A stretch of DNA of 64,000 nt from Candidatus Latescibacterota bacterium (GTDB taxonomy: Bacteria; Latescibacterota; UBA2968; GCA-2709665): assembly GCA_965222075.1 (NCBI GenBank), contig OZ244937.1, positions 4,480,001-4,544,000 on the forward strand, given 5' to 3'. The notes under the pieces are model-generated. The model ran no database searches. It was not told the origin of the DNA and worked only from the letters and a program-made list of their open reading frames with translations. Below are positions 37,289 to 47,973 of the stretch, one piece after another; position 1 is the stretch's first letter; each line of letters starts with the position of its first letter. The translations under genes and the position numbers were made by a program.

Positions 37289-38614
37289 ATGCAGAGCATG
37301 TTGATTGTGAAGGGCCTGGGTATTCTGCTGGTTCTCACCTGGACCACAGCCACAACAGCGGATGACGCACCTGTACCACAGGGGTTTTCCCTGTCCAGCC
37401 TGCTGGGCACGGTGACGGTGGGTGGGGCGCAGTGGCAGCGTTTAGACCTGCGGCCCCAGATCCGGTCGGGGGCGTTTGAGGCGGTGCTGGACCTGGAGTT
37501 GTTTCTGGATGAAACAGGACGGTTTCGAAGCCTGGGGTGGAATTTTTCGAGCCGGCGGCAGGGCTTAGAGAGCGTGCTTCGAAAGATTGGCTACATCCAA
37601 TATGGCGATATGGGCCACCTCAGGCGCCAGGTCTACCTGAGGGTGGGCGACTTAGAAGAGGTGACGCTGGCGCAGGGGATGATTATGTGGCGCTACCGGA
37701 ACTCCTTATACGCGCCCGGGGCGAAAAAGACGGGGCTGGATTTGCAGCTCCGGGGGCTTGGGGGCGGGCGGGTGATGGTGCGGGGGATAATCAACAACTT
37801 CTTAGATCTGGACGGGGGCGGGCCGGTTGTTGGCGGGCGGGTGGTGGTGCAGCCGCCGGGGCCCCTGGCCGTGGGGGCTACGGTAGTGATGGATATCGAC
37901 CAGTTGAGCGGAATGCCCGATTCGGTGCGGACGGCCCTGGACAAGGACTGCTACGGGGCCTTCGGCGTGGATGTGGCATACCCCCTTTTGAAGGCCCCGC
38001 TGGCCCCGGTGACCCTCTACGGGGGGGTGTCCCGGACGCTTTCGGGGACCAAGAGCGGGACCGGATTGGGCGTCCCGGGGGTGAAGCTGACGATGGGGAG
38101 GGTGAGCCTTCGGGTGGAGTACCGATGGGTGGAGGGCCGGTTTACGCCCGGTCATTTTGATGCGCTCTACGAGTTGAACCGGGCGGTGGTGGATTCGGCA
38201 GGCCGCGTGGTGACCCGGGAGGCTGCGATGGCAGACCTGTCTATGCGGGGAATTTTTGGAGACCTCGTCCTTTCGCTGGGGCCGTTGCTGAAGGCACAGG
38301 CGTCTTACCAGTATCTGAGCAATAAGGACGCGGCCGACCGCCGCCTCGAGGGGCGAGCGTCCCTTAAACCGGCGCTGCTGCAGCAGTTTCGGAAGGTCTC
38401 GCTGGCCGAGGCTTACTACGAAAACCACCACCGGGGCGCAGGAAAGGGAGTGCTTGACATCACATCTGAGACCCGTTTCGGGTACCGCCTGGGATTGAAG
38501 CCCGTTCCCGGGCTGTCGGTGATCTGGGAGGTGCAGTTTACCTATGAGCCGGACGGCACAGGGGGATTGCAGCGCAGGCGTGCTTTGAACCTGCAGTCCC
38601 TGATCAGCCTTTAG
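37289..38614 (+). CDS. Hypothetical exported protein, probable outer-membrane beta-barrel
   Basis: Signal peptide and alternating amphipathic beta-strand pattern. Confidence 0.7.
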   Translation: MQSMLIVKGLGILLVLTWTTATTADDAPVPQGFSLSSLLGTVTVGGAQWQRLDLRPQIRSGAFEAVLDLELFLDETGRFRSLGWNFSSRRQGLESVLRKIGYIQYGDMGHLRRQVYLRVGDLEEVTLAQGMIMWRYRNSLYAPGAKKTGLDLQLRGLGGGRVMVRGIINNFLDLDGGGPVVGGRVVVQPPGPLAVGATVVMDIDQLSGMPDSVRTALDKDCYGAFGVDVAYPLLKAPLAPVTLYGGVSRTLSGTKSGTGLGVPGVKLTMGRVSLRVEYRWVEGRFTPGHFDALYELNRAVVDSAGRVVTREAAMADLSMRGIFGDLVLSLGPLLKAQASYQYLSNKDAADRRLEGRASLKPALLQQFRKVSLAEAYYENHHRGAGKGVLDITSETRFGYRLGLKPVPGLSVIWEVQFTYEPDGTGGLQRRRALNLQSLISL

Positions 38615-38686
38615 GGGGCAAAGGGCAAAGCAGAGGTTTTGTCAAGCTTTTCTTGAGGTGGGCGCCTCCCAAAAGGAAAATTCTCC

Positions 38687-41661
38687 CTATTGGGGCGATT
38701 TTTTGAGAAGCAAGGCCTCCAGCCTGCCCCTGGCGACGGAATGATCGGGGGTGAGGGAAAGGGCTTTGCGATAGGCCGCAACGGCCTGTTCAACCCGTTT
38801 GAGCTTTTCATAGGCCTCCGCCAGACCCAGATGGGCGTCCGAACTGTCTGGCGCGATTGTAATGGCCTTTTGAAAGGATGAGACGGCGTCGAGATGGCGG
38901 CCCTGGCGGTTGCGGAGGATGCCGATGTTGACGTGGGCCTCTCTAAATTCGGGATTATAGGCCAGCATCGCACGGTAGATAGCGAGGGCTTTGTCAAGCT
39001 GGTTCTTTTTTTGGTATTCGGTGCCGATGTTGAAGTGTTCGGCCCGATAGGCAAACTTGGCGGGATCGCGTGCGATGGCCTTGAGGATGGCCGTATGAGC
39101 CGCATCGAGGTTGCCGGTACGCTGGTGTACCCGGGCGAGCACGTGCCAGGCGTTGGCACGGGTCGAGTCGAGCTGAACGATCCGTTCCGCAACGGCAACG
39201 GCCTCGCCGTAGCGTTCGGTTGCCACATAGAGATTTGCCAGGTTGAGGTAGGTGGGGGCGTGATTGGGCCTCAGTTTCAGGGCCTTCAAATACTCCTGAA
39301 GGGCCTTTTCATACTGCTTCTGCCGTTTGAATTCGGCACCCAATTGCGATCGAACCTGCACAAGCAGCGAAGTGTACCGGCCGATGTCCCTGTCTCCCGG
39401 GCGTTTTGAGGCCAACCATTCCAGGTACTGTCCCAGGTACCCCGCCCCTTCGGCCTTCATCCCCGCTCTGATCATGCCAACATAGGTCGACGGCGAAATG
39501 CCTGCGGGCGGGTCGGCCTGGTCCCATGCCCATTTTGCATCGTCCCACCTGCCCCGGGCGAGATAAGCCAGGGCCTTCAGACCACTCCCGATTGTGGTGG
39601 TCACCCCATCCCATGCCCGTTTTGCAATCCCTTTTGCGTCGTCCCACCTGCCCTGTCTGAGGTAGGCCAGGGCCTTCAGACCTTTCTCGGCCGCACCGAT
39701 ATAGCCTGTTAGCGAAGCCCTCTCCGATATGGATGCCTTATGCCGCTCTCGCATTGCATCGTCCCGCCTGCCCTGTCTGAGGTACACCTCACCCAGCAGA
39801 AGGTGCCCCAATTTAAATCCCGGTCTCACTTCTACCGCACGCGTAAACGCCTTGATGGCCCCCTCCCAGTCCTGCTGCCGGTAGGCCTTCACGCCGGTCC
39901 GGATATGCCGGTCGGGCAGGTTTGGGTCCGCCTCCACCTCCGCCTTCCACCGTGCCAGCAGGTCCTTTACGTCCACATTTGTCCGGCGGTACACAGACAC
40001 CCGAGGGTGATCAAATGCCGTAATTGTGGGTTCGGCACCCTCTTCAGAGAACTCCCAGCCCGGAATTTTGGGGGATATTTTGAAGGTGGCGACCCGTTTA
40101 AATCCCAGGTCTCCAGAGGCCAGCCGGCTGTAAAACAGATGGCCGATCGGATACTGCTTCGGGACCTCCGAGTACTGCCGCATCCGGTTCTCCTCGATCA
40201 GGACGATCCACCTCATGCCTTTCAACCGGTCCCACACAAAGTCGATATGCATCCCGTAGGGATAGTGCCCTTCTGAAGAGATAAGAAAGGCCATGTTGTC
40301 TCTCTTGCGGTGGTAGCGGTCTTCCGGCACCATCCAGAGGGTTGGAAACCCCCCCCGCTCCGCCAGTACTCCATCTCCCTGTGGAATATGCTTCTGCACC
40401 CATCGCGCGGCCACAAACCGGGCGTCTTCAACCCCGTATATCCCCGCCTGGGCGATGCCGTAGCCCGCGGCAGGCACCCCCACCAGGAGCGCCGGAAGGC
40501 CATACACCCACTTCCGGTCCACGCGCCTGCGCAGCCAGTCGCCTGCCTGCAGACATGCCCACGCACCCAATACCGCCAGCATCGGCAGCATCGGTGTGAC
40601 ATAGCGGATGGGCTTGGCGTGGAACCCGCCCACCATCAGGAAGTAGGGGACGAGCCAGGCCAGCAGCACCCACCAGCCCCGCTCCCTTTTCCACACGGCC
40701 AGCAGCACGCCGCACAGGGCGGCGATCTCCAGGGGTGTTCCCAGCGCATACCGGAACAGGTGCGTGACGTAAAAGAGGTAAGGGGTGGTGGAAAAGTCGT
40801 AGAGCACCCAGATGCGAATTATCTCGCCTTTGTGACCTTTATGCTGGGCAGCAAATTACGCATATCTCCCGAGTTGAAGAACTCGTCGGGTCTGAGCAGG
40901 AGGGGCTCACAGAGCACCGCCACGGCGACCACCACTGCCCCACACAGCAGCGCAGGCGGGATGACTACGGGGCGTACCCAGCGCCAGACCTTTTCCCAGA
41001 TCTTTCCGGTTCCCACCCCTTTTCCCGTTGGCCAGAGGTGCGCCACCAGAAAGGCCAGGCCCAGCATCCCGCCCAGCAGCCGCGTTCCGGCGCCCATTCC
41101 GCAGGCCATTCCGCACCACAGGTAGGGCCACGTGCGGTCCGACGGCAGTTTCAGGATGAGATAGATGCCCAGGGTGATCCAGAACGCAAAGGACACATCC
41201 ACGGTATAGTAATGGCTCTGCTGGATGTGCCCGGCGCAGAATGCCAGAAAGGCCGCGCTTAATACGCCGGTCCAGATCCCGGCGAGATGGCGCCCGATGG
41301 CGAATACGACCCACACGGTGAGGACGCCCAAGGTGGCCGAGATTCCCCGACCCAGCAGGTGGGTGAATTTGACCGACCGATTGTCCCGCCGGTTGAAGGG
41401 TTCGATCCCCACCAAGTAGCCCGTGCCCCGGGCGAGGGCCCACAACAGGTAGGCCGGGCCTTTGGAATAGGCTGTGACCGCCTTGCGGATGTCCACACCC
41501 ACCCACCCGGCGCTTTCGACCACGGTCCGCTCATCGGGATGGAAGTCGTAAAACTTGCCGGTCTCCGGGTCTGTACCCCAGCTTATTCCGTAAAACCGGA
41601 GAGCGGCGGATACGATGAGGATGAGAATAAGGAGCGCGTATGCGTTTCGATTTTCGGCCAT
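38687..41661 (-). CDS. ArnT/PMT-like (GT-C) membrane glycosyltransferase with C-terminal TPR repeats; split by a 1-nt frameshift near 40830
   Basis: N-part FHPDE, GRGISATLG, HIQQSHYYTVD. ...SIKVTK joins GEIIRIWVLYDFSTTPYLFY if one A is added in the run at 40829-40831. C-part has KPIRYVTP and multiple TPRs. Confidence 0.8.
39533..39784 (-). repeat. Intragenic degenerate triple repeat (about 30-50 bp units)
   Basis: TTTTGC(A/G)TCGTCCCACCTGCCC...GCCAGGGCCTTCAGACC at 39533-39583 and 39632-39682, plus a partial copy at 39754-39784. Encodes YL(R/A)(Q/R)GR(W/R)DDA three times. Confidence 0.8.
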
Positions 41662-41706
41662 AATTGCCTCCTCGGGCGCAGCAGACTGCGCCCCTGCTCA
41701 GCGGGT

Positions 41707-42444
41707 TCACAGGTATCTGCGGTAAATGGCGATCATCTCGAATGCGGCCCTGAAGAAATCGCCGGGGGTGATTTTGGAGCCTTTGACATCCCGCCATTCT
41801 GAAAGCGGCGTTTCGTAAATCACGTCCTGCGCCGGGGAGTGCGCGGCGTCCGCCTGGATCAGCCTGGCGATGATTTCGACGTCGAAGATCCACCGGGTGA
41901 TGAAGGGTTCTCGAAACAGGGCGTTCAGACGAGGGGTGACTCTGAACAGTTTTGCGCCGCACTGGGTGTCGTATACACTGACGCCCAATAAAAAAGAGGC
42001 GACTGTTGCGAACAGCCTGCCCAAGTAGTGCCGCAGCATGTTGCGTCTGATCGCCCTTCCCAGGAGTTGCACCCTTGCGCCGAAGACCATCTCGATATTC
42101 GGCCTGCTGTCGAGCAGGTCGCAAAACTCCGAAATGGCGTCTAAGGGGGTTGCCAGGTCTGCATCCCAGAACCCGACGTAATCGGGGCCGGACGCGAGCG
42201 ACTTGAGAAGCCCCTGCCTCACGGCTTCGGCTTTTCCCGCATTTTTTGCCAGCGTGTGGATGTCAAAGGTTTCCGGATCAGACTCCTGCAGGGTCTTGAG
42301 TACCTGGAGGGTGGTATCTGTGCTGCCATCGTTGACGAAGAGGAATTTGATGGTGCGCACCCGGTTTGCAAAGGTTTGAAATGTTTCGACCGGGAGGCGT
42401 CGGGCCTCGTTGTAACAGGGGACGACGATGATCGTTTCAGCCAT
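41707..42444 (-). CDS. GT2 polyprenol-phosphate glycosyltransferase (dolichyl-phosphate glucosyltransferase-like)
   Basis: IVVPCYNEARRL, VNDGSTD, NAGKAEAVRQG, GFWDADLATP, DTQCGAKLF, WIFDVEI. Confidence 0.92.
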   Translation of the reverse strand: MAETIIVVPCYNEARRLPVETFQTFANRVRTIKFLFVNDGSTDTTLQVLKTLQESDPETFDIHTLAKNAGKAEAVRQGLLKSLASGPDYVGFWDADLATPLDAISEFCDLLDSRPNIEMVFGARVQLLGRAIRRNMLRHYLGRLFATVASFLLGVSVYDTQCGAKLFRVTPRLNALFREPFITRWIFDVEIIARLIQADAAHSPAQDVIYETPLSEWRDVKGSKITPGDFFRAAFEMIAIYRRYL

Positions 42445-42450
42445 GCGATC

Positions 42451-43227
42451 CTACCCGTTCCGACACAGCGCGGCAATGAGGCTTACGCCGAAGGGGTAAC
42501 CCCGCCTTCTTTTCTGCGCCAGAAGGTTGATCAGCACCCGCCTTTCGCCTGCAAAAACCGCGTTGAGTAGACGGTTGACCGGCTGCATCGGCATCTTCAA
42601 ATCTGTACCCGCATCTCCAAAGGAGCGTTTCCTAAGGCGGTTCAACGCCCGAATGGTTCTGACCATCGGGTAGAGACGCGCGTTAAAATAGGAGAGCAGG
42701 CGTACGGTTACGGGCAGCCCGGACCACAGGTGTTCGAGGCTCTGGATATCATACCGGCGGTAGTGGCCGTTGGCGACATCGTGTTCGCTCCACAGCGACA
42801 TGTCCGCAGGTACGGTGAGGAGAAGGCAGGCGCCCGGCCTGAGCGCCATGAGCAGTTCGGACAGAAACCCGACGTCGTCCTCTACATGTTCCAGGACGTC
42901 CGTCAGGAGGAAGAGGCCGGCCTGCTCCACCGCGTCTCCCAGATCGGCCGGTGCCGAACCGCAGATGAAGCGAACGTCCGGGAAACGGCGTTTGGCGAGC
43001 CGGATGCCTTCGACCGATATGTCGATGCCGATACAGGTGTAGTCCCTGGCAAAGGCTGCGATATTTCCCCCCGTTCCGCACCCCACGTCAATGGCGAGTG
43101 TGGATTTGGAAGGCGGGGCCAAGTTGTGGGCCAGTTCGTGCAGGATACGCCGCCTGGCCAGAAACCACCAGTGGATCTCTTCCAGGTCTGCGTGCAGTTT
43201 AAACAGGTCCGATTTCACGGCTGTCAA
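42451..43227 (-). CDS. Class I SAM-dependent methyltransferase
   Basis: [36 protein letters not shown]...HYRRY. Confidence 0.9.
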   Translation of the reverse strand: MTAVKSDLFKLHADLEEIHWWFLARRRILHELAHNLAPPSKSTLAIDVGCGTGGNIAAFARDYTCIGIDISVEGIRLAKRRFPDVRFICGSAPADLGDAVEQAGLFLLTDVLEHVEDDVGFLSELLMALRPGACLLLTVPADMSLWSEHDVANGHYRRYDIQSLEHLWSGLPVTVRLLSYFNARLYPMVRTIRALNRLRKRSFGDAGTDLKMPMQPVNRLLNAVFAGERRVLINLLAQKRRRGYPFGVSLIAALCRNG

Positions 43228-46223
43228 AATCCCTCCAGCCGGCTCAGGTCGGCGATGCCGTCGGGCAGAGCGGCGATGTGTTGAACCAGCGCGAGGCGTG
43301 CCCGGCGGAGCGTTGGGTCTTCCGCCATTACCAGGATTTTGTCGAAGAAGCGGTTGATGGGGTCGCGCAGGGTTTTGAGGATGTCCTCCAGAGCGGCAAT
43401 CCGGTCCCGGGCGCGGTCGAGCTGCCGGTGCGCTGCGCAGTAGGCCTCATGCAGGGCCTGGGTGTCCGCTTCCGGGTCCGCTTCCGACGTTAGGGGGTAT
43501 TGTTCGGATAGATCCCGCACGATGCGCTTGCAGCGCGCGTAGGCGTGGAGCGTCTGCAGCCAGTCTTTTGCCTCTACCATCCGGCCGAGGCCCTGGACGA
43601 TGCGCCGGAGTTCGTAGGGGTCATCGCAGCCGCCGGCGATGGCGGCCTCAACCACGTTGTGGGAGAAGCCCTCCTCCCTGAGCTGGATTTCGAGGCGCCG
43701 CCGGATGAATTCGAGGGCGTCGGAGAGCCGCTGCCTGTCGGCGTTGACCGGAAGCTGTTTTGCCGCAGCGGCCAGCCCCTGCCGAAGGGAGAAGTGACAC
43801 CGGTGACCGATCAGGACCGCCAAAAGCCCCAGGGCATCCCGCCGGAGGCCGTAGGGATCGGCCGTGGCTCTGGGTTTGACGCCCACGCAGAAGAGGCCGG
43901 CCAGGCTGTCGAGGCGGTCTGCAACGGAGAGGGCAAAGCCGGGGCGCGAGCCGGGCAGCGCATCCCCAGGAAAGCGGGGATGGTAGTGTTCTTCAACGGC
44001 GTGCGCAACGGCTTCGGACTCGCCCGAGGCCAGGGCGTAGTAGCGTCCCATGGTCCCCTGGAGGTCGGTCATTTCTACGACCATTCTGGTGGCCAGGTCG
44101 GCCTTGCAGAGCCGGGCGGCTTTCAGGGCCGTCTCTTTGTCCTGGCCTTCGAGGCCCAGGTCCGGCGCCAGGGTCTCAAGCAGCCGTTCGACCCGGCAGG
44201 TCTTGTCGAGGACGGAGCCGAGGTCTGCCTGGAAGGTGAGGGTGTCGAGCCTGGGCAGGTAGTCTTTTAAGGGCGCCCGGCTGTCTTCGCGGAAGAAGAA
44301 AGCCGCGTCTGCATACCGGGCCCGAATGACGCCTTCGTTGCCGCGTACCACGGCTTCGGGGTCGCCTGGCTGACCGTTGGCGACGGTGATGAAGTAAGGG
44401 ATGAGGCGCCTGGTTTGGGGGTGCAGGACCGGGAAGTAGCGCTGGTGTTTTTTCATGACTGTGATCAGGACTTCCTGGGGCAGTTTTAGGTGGGCCTCGT
44501 CAAAGGCGCCGCGCAGGGCATAGGGCGCTTCCACCAGGTCGGTGACCTCGTCTAAGAGGTCGGGATCTTCCAGCACCCTCCCCCCGATCTCTTCTGCGAG
44601 AACCTGCACACGATTCTGGATGGCCTTCCGTCGGTGGTCGCGGTCAACCATCAGGCCCTGGTTTTTCATTTTCAGGGCGTAGTCGGCTGCGGACGCCAGT
44701 TCGATGGGGGGCGACCTGTCGGGGCGGGTGCCCCGGCTGGTGCGGCCGCTGCTCACACGGGCATAGGTGAAGGGAATAACCTGATCTGCGTAGAGGGCGA
44801 CGATCCAGCGGATGGGCCTTGCGTAGGCCACCCCGCCCGAATTCCAGCGCATGGTCTTGGGGAAGGAAAGGGAGGCGATCAGGTCGGGCAGCAACTCGGC
44901 CAGGATCTCCTGCGCGCTGCGTCCCGGTTCGTGCCGGTGGACAAAGACGTATTCGACGCCCTTCTCGTTCTTTCGGCGTTCGACCGCACCGGGATGCACT
45001 CCCTGACCGCGGCAGAAGCCTTCCAGCGCACGGGTCGGTTTGCCTGCCTCGTCGTAGGCGGCTTTAACGGTGGGGCCGCGCACCCAGCGTTCCTCGTCGG
45101 ACTGGCGGCCCGAAAGGCTGCGTACACAGGCGATGAGCCGCCTGGGCGTGCCGCTGACCTGGATTTCTTCAAACGCGAGACGCTTCGCCTTGAGGCGTTC
45201 CGGGAGGAGGGCTCGGAATTGTTGAATGCCCCTCCAGACGTCGGCGACCGGAAGCTCCTCGGAGCCGACCTCCAGGAGCAGGTCCCCCGAATCAAGCGCC
45301 GGAAGGTCTGCGGTATCGCCGGGGGCGGGCGGAGCTTCGGGCGCACCACTGCCGAGGGGGAAGCCGATCTCCTCGCGCTGTTTGGCATAGGCTTCCGAGA
45401 CCTGGCGGGCCAGATCTCGCATCTGCGCAAAGTAGCGGGCGCGTTCGGTTACGCCGACCGCGCCCCGGGTGTCTAAGAGGTTGAAGGTGTGGGAGCAGCG
45501 GAGGACATAGTCGTGGGCGGGCAGGACCAGGTTCTGTTCGATGGCGGCTTTGGCTTCTTCGATAAAGAGGCGATACATGGTTTGCAAGCGTTCTACATCG
45601 GCTGTGTTGAACGCATATTCGCAGTATTCCACCTCCTGTTGCTGCAAGATGTCTCCATAGCCGATGCGGCCGTCCCAGTCGAGGCGCCAAACCTCCCGCA
45701 CCCCCTGCAGGTAGGCCGCAATCCGCTCCAGGCCATAGGTGATTTCCACGGCCACGGGATCGACCGGCATGCCGCCAGCCTGCTGGAAGTAGGTGAACTG
45801 GGTGATTTCCAGGCCGTCGAGCCAGACTTCCCACCCCAGGCCCCAGGCGCCCAGCGCCGGAGACTCCCAGTTGTCTTCCACAAACCGGATGTCGTGCTGC
45901 TTCCGGTCCAGACCGAGCGCTTCCAGGCTGTCCAGGTAGATTTCCTGAGGATTTCCCGGGTCGGGCTTCAGGATGACCTGGTACTGGAAGTACATGTGCA
46001 TCCGGTTCGGGTTTTCGGCGAACCGTCCGTCGGCCGGGCGAAAGACGGGTTCTACATAGGCCACGTTCCAGGGCTCGGGCCCGAGCACCCGCAGGACGGT
46101 GGCGGGGTTCATCGTCCCGGCGCCCACCTTTTCGCTGTAAGGCTGCCAGATGACGCACCCCCGGTCTGCCCAGAAGCGTTCCAGGCGCATGATGAGGTCT
46201 TGGAAGTTGGGGGTTTTGTTCAT
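43224..46223 (-). CDS. glyQS: Glycine--tRNA ligase with fused alpha and beta subunits
   Basis: Alpha motifs [56 protein letters not shown], followed in frame by beta motifs [38 protein letters not shown]. Confidence 0.96.
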   Translation of the reverse strand: MNKTPNFQDLIMRLERFWADRGCVIWQPYSEKVGAGTMNPATVLRVLGPEPWNVAYVEPVFRPADGRFAENPNRMHMYFQYQVILKPDPGNPQEIYLDSLEALGLDRKQHDIRFVEDNWESPALGAWGLGWEVWLDGLEITQFTYFQQAGGMPVDPVAVEITYGLERIAAYLQGVREVWRLDWDGRIGYGDILQQQEVEYCEYAFNTADVERLQTMYRLFIEEAKAAIEQNLVLPAHDYVLRCSHTFNLLDTRGAVGVTERARYFAQMRDLARQVSEAYAKQREEIGFPLGSGAPEAPPAPGDTADLPALDSGDLLLEVGSEELPVADVWRGIQQFRALLPERLKAKRLAFEEIQVSGTPRRLIACVRSLSGRQSDEERWVRGPTVKAAYDEAGKPTRALEGFCRGQGVHPGAVERRKNEKGVEYVFVHRHEPGRSAQEILAELLPDLIASLSFPKTMRWNSGGVAYARPIRWIVALYADQVIPFTYARVSSGRTSRGTRPDRSPPIELASAADYALKMKNQGLMVDRDHRRKAIQNRVQVLAEEIGGRVLEDPDLLDEVTDLVEAPYALRGAFDEAHLKLPQEVLITVMKKHQRYFPVLHPQTRRLIPYFITVANGQPGDPEAVVRGNEGVIRARYADAAFFFREDSRAPLKDYLPRLDTLTFQADLGSVLDKTCRVERLLETLAPDLGLEGQDKETALKAARLCKADLATRMVVEMTDLQGTMGRYYALASGESEAVAHAVEEHYHPRFPGDALPGSRPGFALSVADRLDSLAGLFCVGVKPRATADPYGLRRDALGLLAVLIGHRCHFSLRQGLAAAAKQLPVNADRQRLSDALEFIRRRLEIQLREEGFSHNVVEAAIAGGCDDPYELRRIVQGLGRMVEAKDWLQTLHAYARCKRIVRDLSEQYPLTSEADPEADTQALHEAYCAAHRQLDRARDRIAALEDILKTLRDPINRFFDKILVMAEDPTLRRARLALVQHIAALPDGIADLSRLEGF

Positions 46224-46287
46224 GGGTCTACCTTTGTTGGGGCACGGCATACCGTGCTCTTACGGCTCTGCTTGCCTGATCTGGGAG

Positions 46288-47490
46288 TTAGTCCATTGCC
46301 GAGATGCGTTTCAGGGGCATCTGAGAGACTCTGGGTTTCGCACCCTTCTGGATTTGTCTGATGAGGCCTTCCGTTTCCTGAACGGATCGCCTGGTGTCGT
46401 GTACCGCCACGGTCAAGTCGATCTGGCGGGTCTCCCCGCCTTCAAGCTGGGCCACCCGGCCTCTTTCTCGTTCGAACCCTTTGGGGTTGGGGTAGTTTGT
46501 GGCCGGTTCCAGGCCGGTGACGTAGCCGTCTTCTGAGGCTGTGGTGTTTTTCCAGAGGGTGAAGCAGGGCATCTGTTTCAGCGAGAAGTGGAGGGACGAT
46601 CCGAGGCTGCCGTCGCGGTTTTTGAACAGTACGGCGGCTTCCTGGCTGCCCCGTTTGCCGGTCAGTTCGTAGAAGTAGACCTGTTCGACAAAGCCCGGTT
46701 CGGGGCCGGCAAACCGGTTGTGGGCGCGGATGCCTTCCTGCGCCCGGGGGTCTCTGGGACAGACGGTTTTGAACGGGGCAACGAGCGTAGCACCGTCCTC
46801 TAAGAGAGGCGCGCCGTAGTTGCAGTGGTAGAGGAGTTCCAGTTCCGCCGGGCGTCGATTGAGGTTGGTGATCCGGTCAGAGATCGTGAAGGTGCTGGAC
46901 CCGAGTTCGGTGGAGATGGCCGTGGTCAGGCGCAGCGCCGGACCGAACACCATGGCCTCCTCGACGATGCCCAGGACGGTGATGCGGTGCGGCGGAGAGA
47001 GGTCTACCCGAACTTCCACATGCCGTGCCGGGATGTTGGCGATCTTTCCGTGGAGGGGGAGGAAGACGTCGGCTTTGTTGCCGTTGTTGTCGATGATGAT
47101 GTCTGTGCACGGGGCGCCGTTGCTGTCGAGCCCGCAGCGGACGATCCATTCGTTGAACCCTTTCAGCCAGCCGAGGCCGCCCCGGTCGTTGAGGTCGATA
47201 AATGCCGGGTTTACCAGGTCCCGGACGGGGGACTCCCATCCGAGTGGAATGCCCCGGTAGATGCCCTTCCAGATGCCCATGCCCCGCGTGGGGACGATGA
47301 AGATGGAGAGCGCACCGTTGTCGACTTCGATTAAGTCTACCCCGTCCTGAAGCCCGCCTTTGAGACTGCGCTTTTCAACGCTCCAGGTCTGCTTGACACT
47401 CAAAGGGAGGGTTTCCTCATTGACGGCCCAGGATTTGGTCCAGAGGGCCTGTTCGACGTCGGTGAGTACGTAGCGGTAGGTGTCCTGCAT
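46288..47490 (-). CDS. Aldose 1-epimerase family protein (DUF4432-like)
   Basis: PTRGMGIW, GWESPV, GGLGWLKGFNE, LHGKIAN, LYHCNYG, GYVTGLEPATNYPN. Confidence 0.85.
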   Translation of the reverse strand: MQDTYRYVLTDVEQALWTKSWAVNEETLPLSVKQTWSVEKRSLKGGLQDGVDLIEVDNGALSIFIVPTRGMGIWKGIYRGIPLGWESPVRDLVNPAFIDLNDRGGLGWLKGFNEWIVRCGLDSNGAPCTDIIIDNNGNKADVFLPLHGKIANIPARHVEVRVDLSPPHRITVLGIVEEAMVFGPALRLTTAISTELGSSTFTISDRITNLNRRPAELELLYHCNYGAPLLEDGATLVAPFKTVCPRDPRAQEGIRAHNRFAGPEPGFVEQVYFYELTGKRGSQEAAVLFKNRDGSLGSSLHFSLKQMPCFTLWKNTTASEDGYVTGLEPATNYPNPKGFERERGRVAQLEGGETRQIDLTVAVHDTRRSVQETEGLIRQIQKGAKPRVSQMPLKRISAMD

Positions 47491-47538
47491 CTCGAACTCC
47501 TTGTTTCAGAGGATGTTGCGTTCAAATGCCTAATGACA

Positions 47539-47632
47539 TTCGCCGCTGGGAGGCGGCTCCTACCAGATTATCATTGCGAAAAATTAATATTGAAATATAG
47601 ATATTGGGTAGGAGCCGGTTCCCGCTGGCGAA
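47539..47632. repeat. Inverted pair of GTAG-type REP elements around an AT-rich spacer
   Basis: 47539-47563 is the reverse complement of GTAGGAGCCGCCTCCCAGCGGCGAA; 47608-47632 reads GTAGGAGCCGGTTCCCGCTGGCGAA. Confidence 0.7.
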
Positions 47633-47875
47633 AAGAGTATAAGGGACAGGCTGTTAGAAGGAGAAATATACTGTACGCTGGGGTTGGTGTCAACGAATTC
47701 GCCTTTTTTGACGGACGGATCGCCGGTATCTAACCACCTGAAAATTCTCTACCTAAGCATAGGTGTAACATATTGTAACGCCCTAAAGTTTTCAAGCGAT
47801 TTGACGATGCGGGCATTTGAGATGGGCACGAGGCGGTCCTGCCCATTTTTTTGTGTTCTGAAGGGGGCTGCCTGC

Positions 47876-47904
47876 TTGACAAAGCAGTGGGGGGGCCGTA
47901 AATT
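47876..47904 (+). promoter_or_regulatory. Sigma70-type promoter of the murC-like/ldcA/M48 cluster
   Basis: TTGACA (47876-47881), 17-nt spacer, TAAATT (47899-47904). Confidence 0.55.
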
Positions 47905-47973
47905 TTGCTTATAGCAGCGGGTGTATCGTCGTCTGAATTCAACGGGGTGGGTTTGCCTATTATCGGGGGGGCA

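Noticed and set aside
47642-47683. RDRLLEGEIYCTL resembling an IS3 transposase C-terminal motif
   Set aside because: Too short, and no other IS features nearby.
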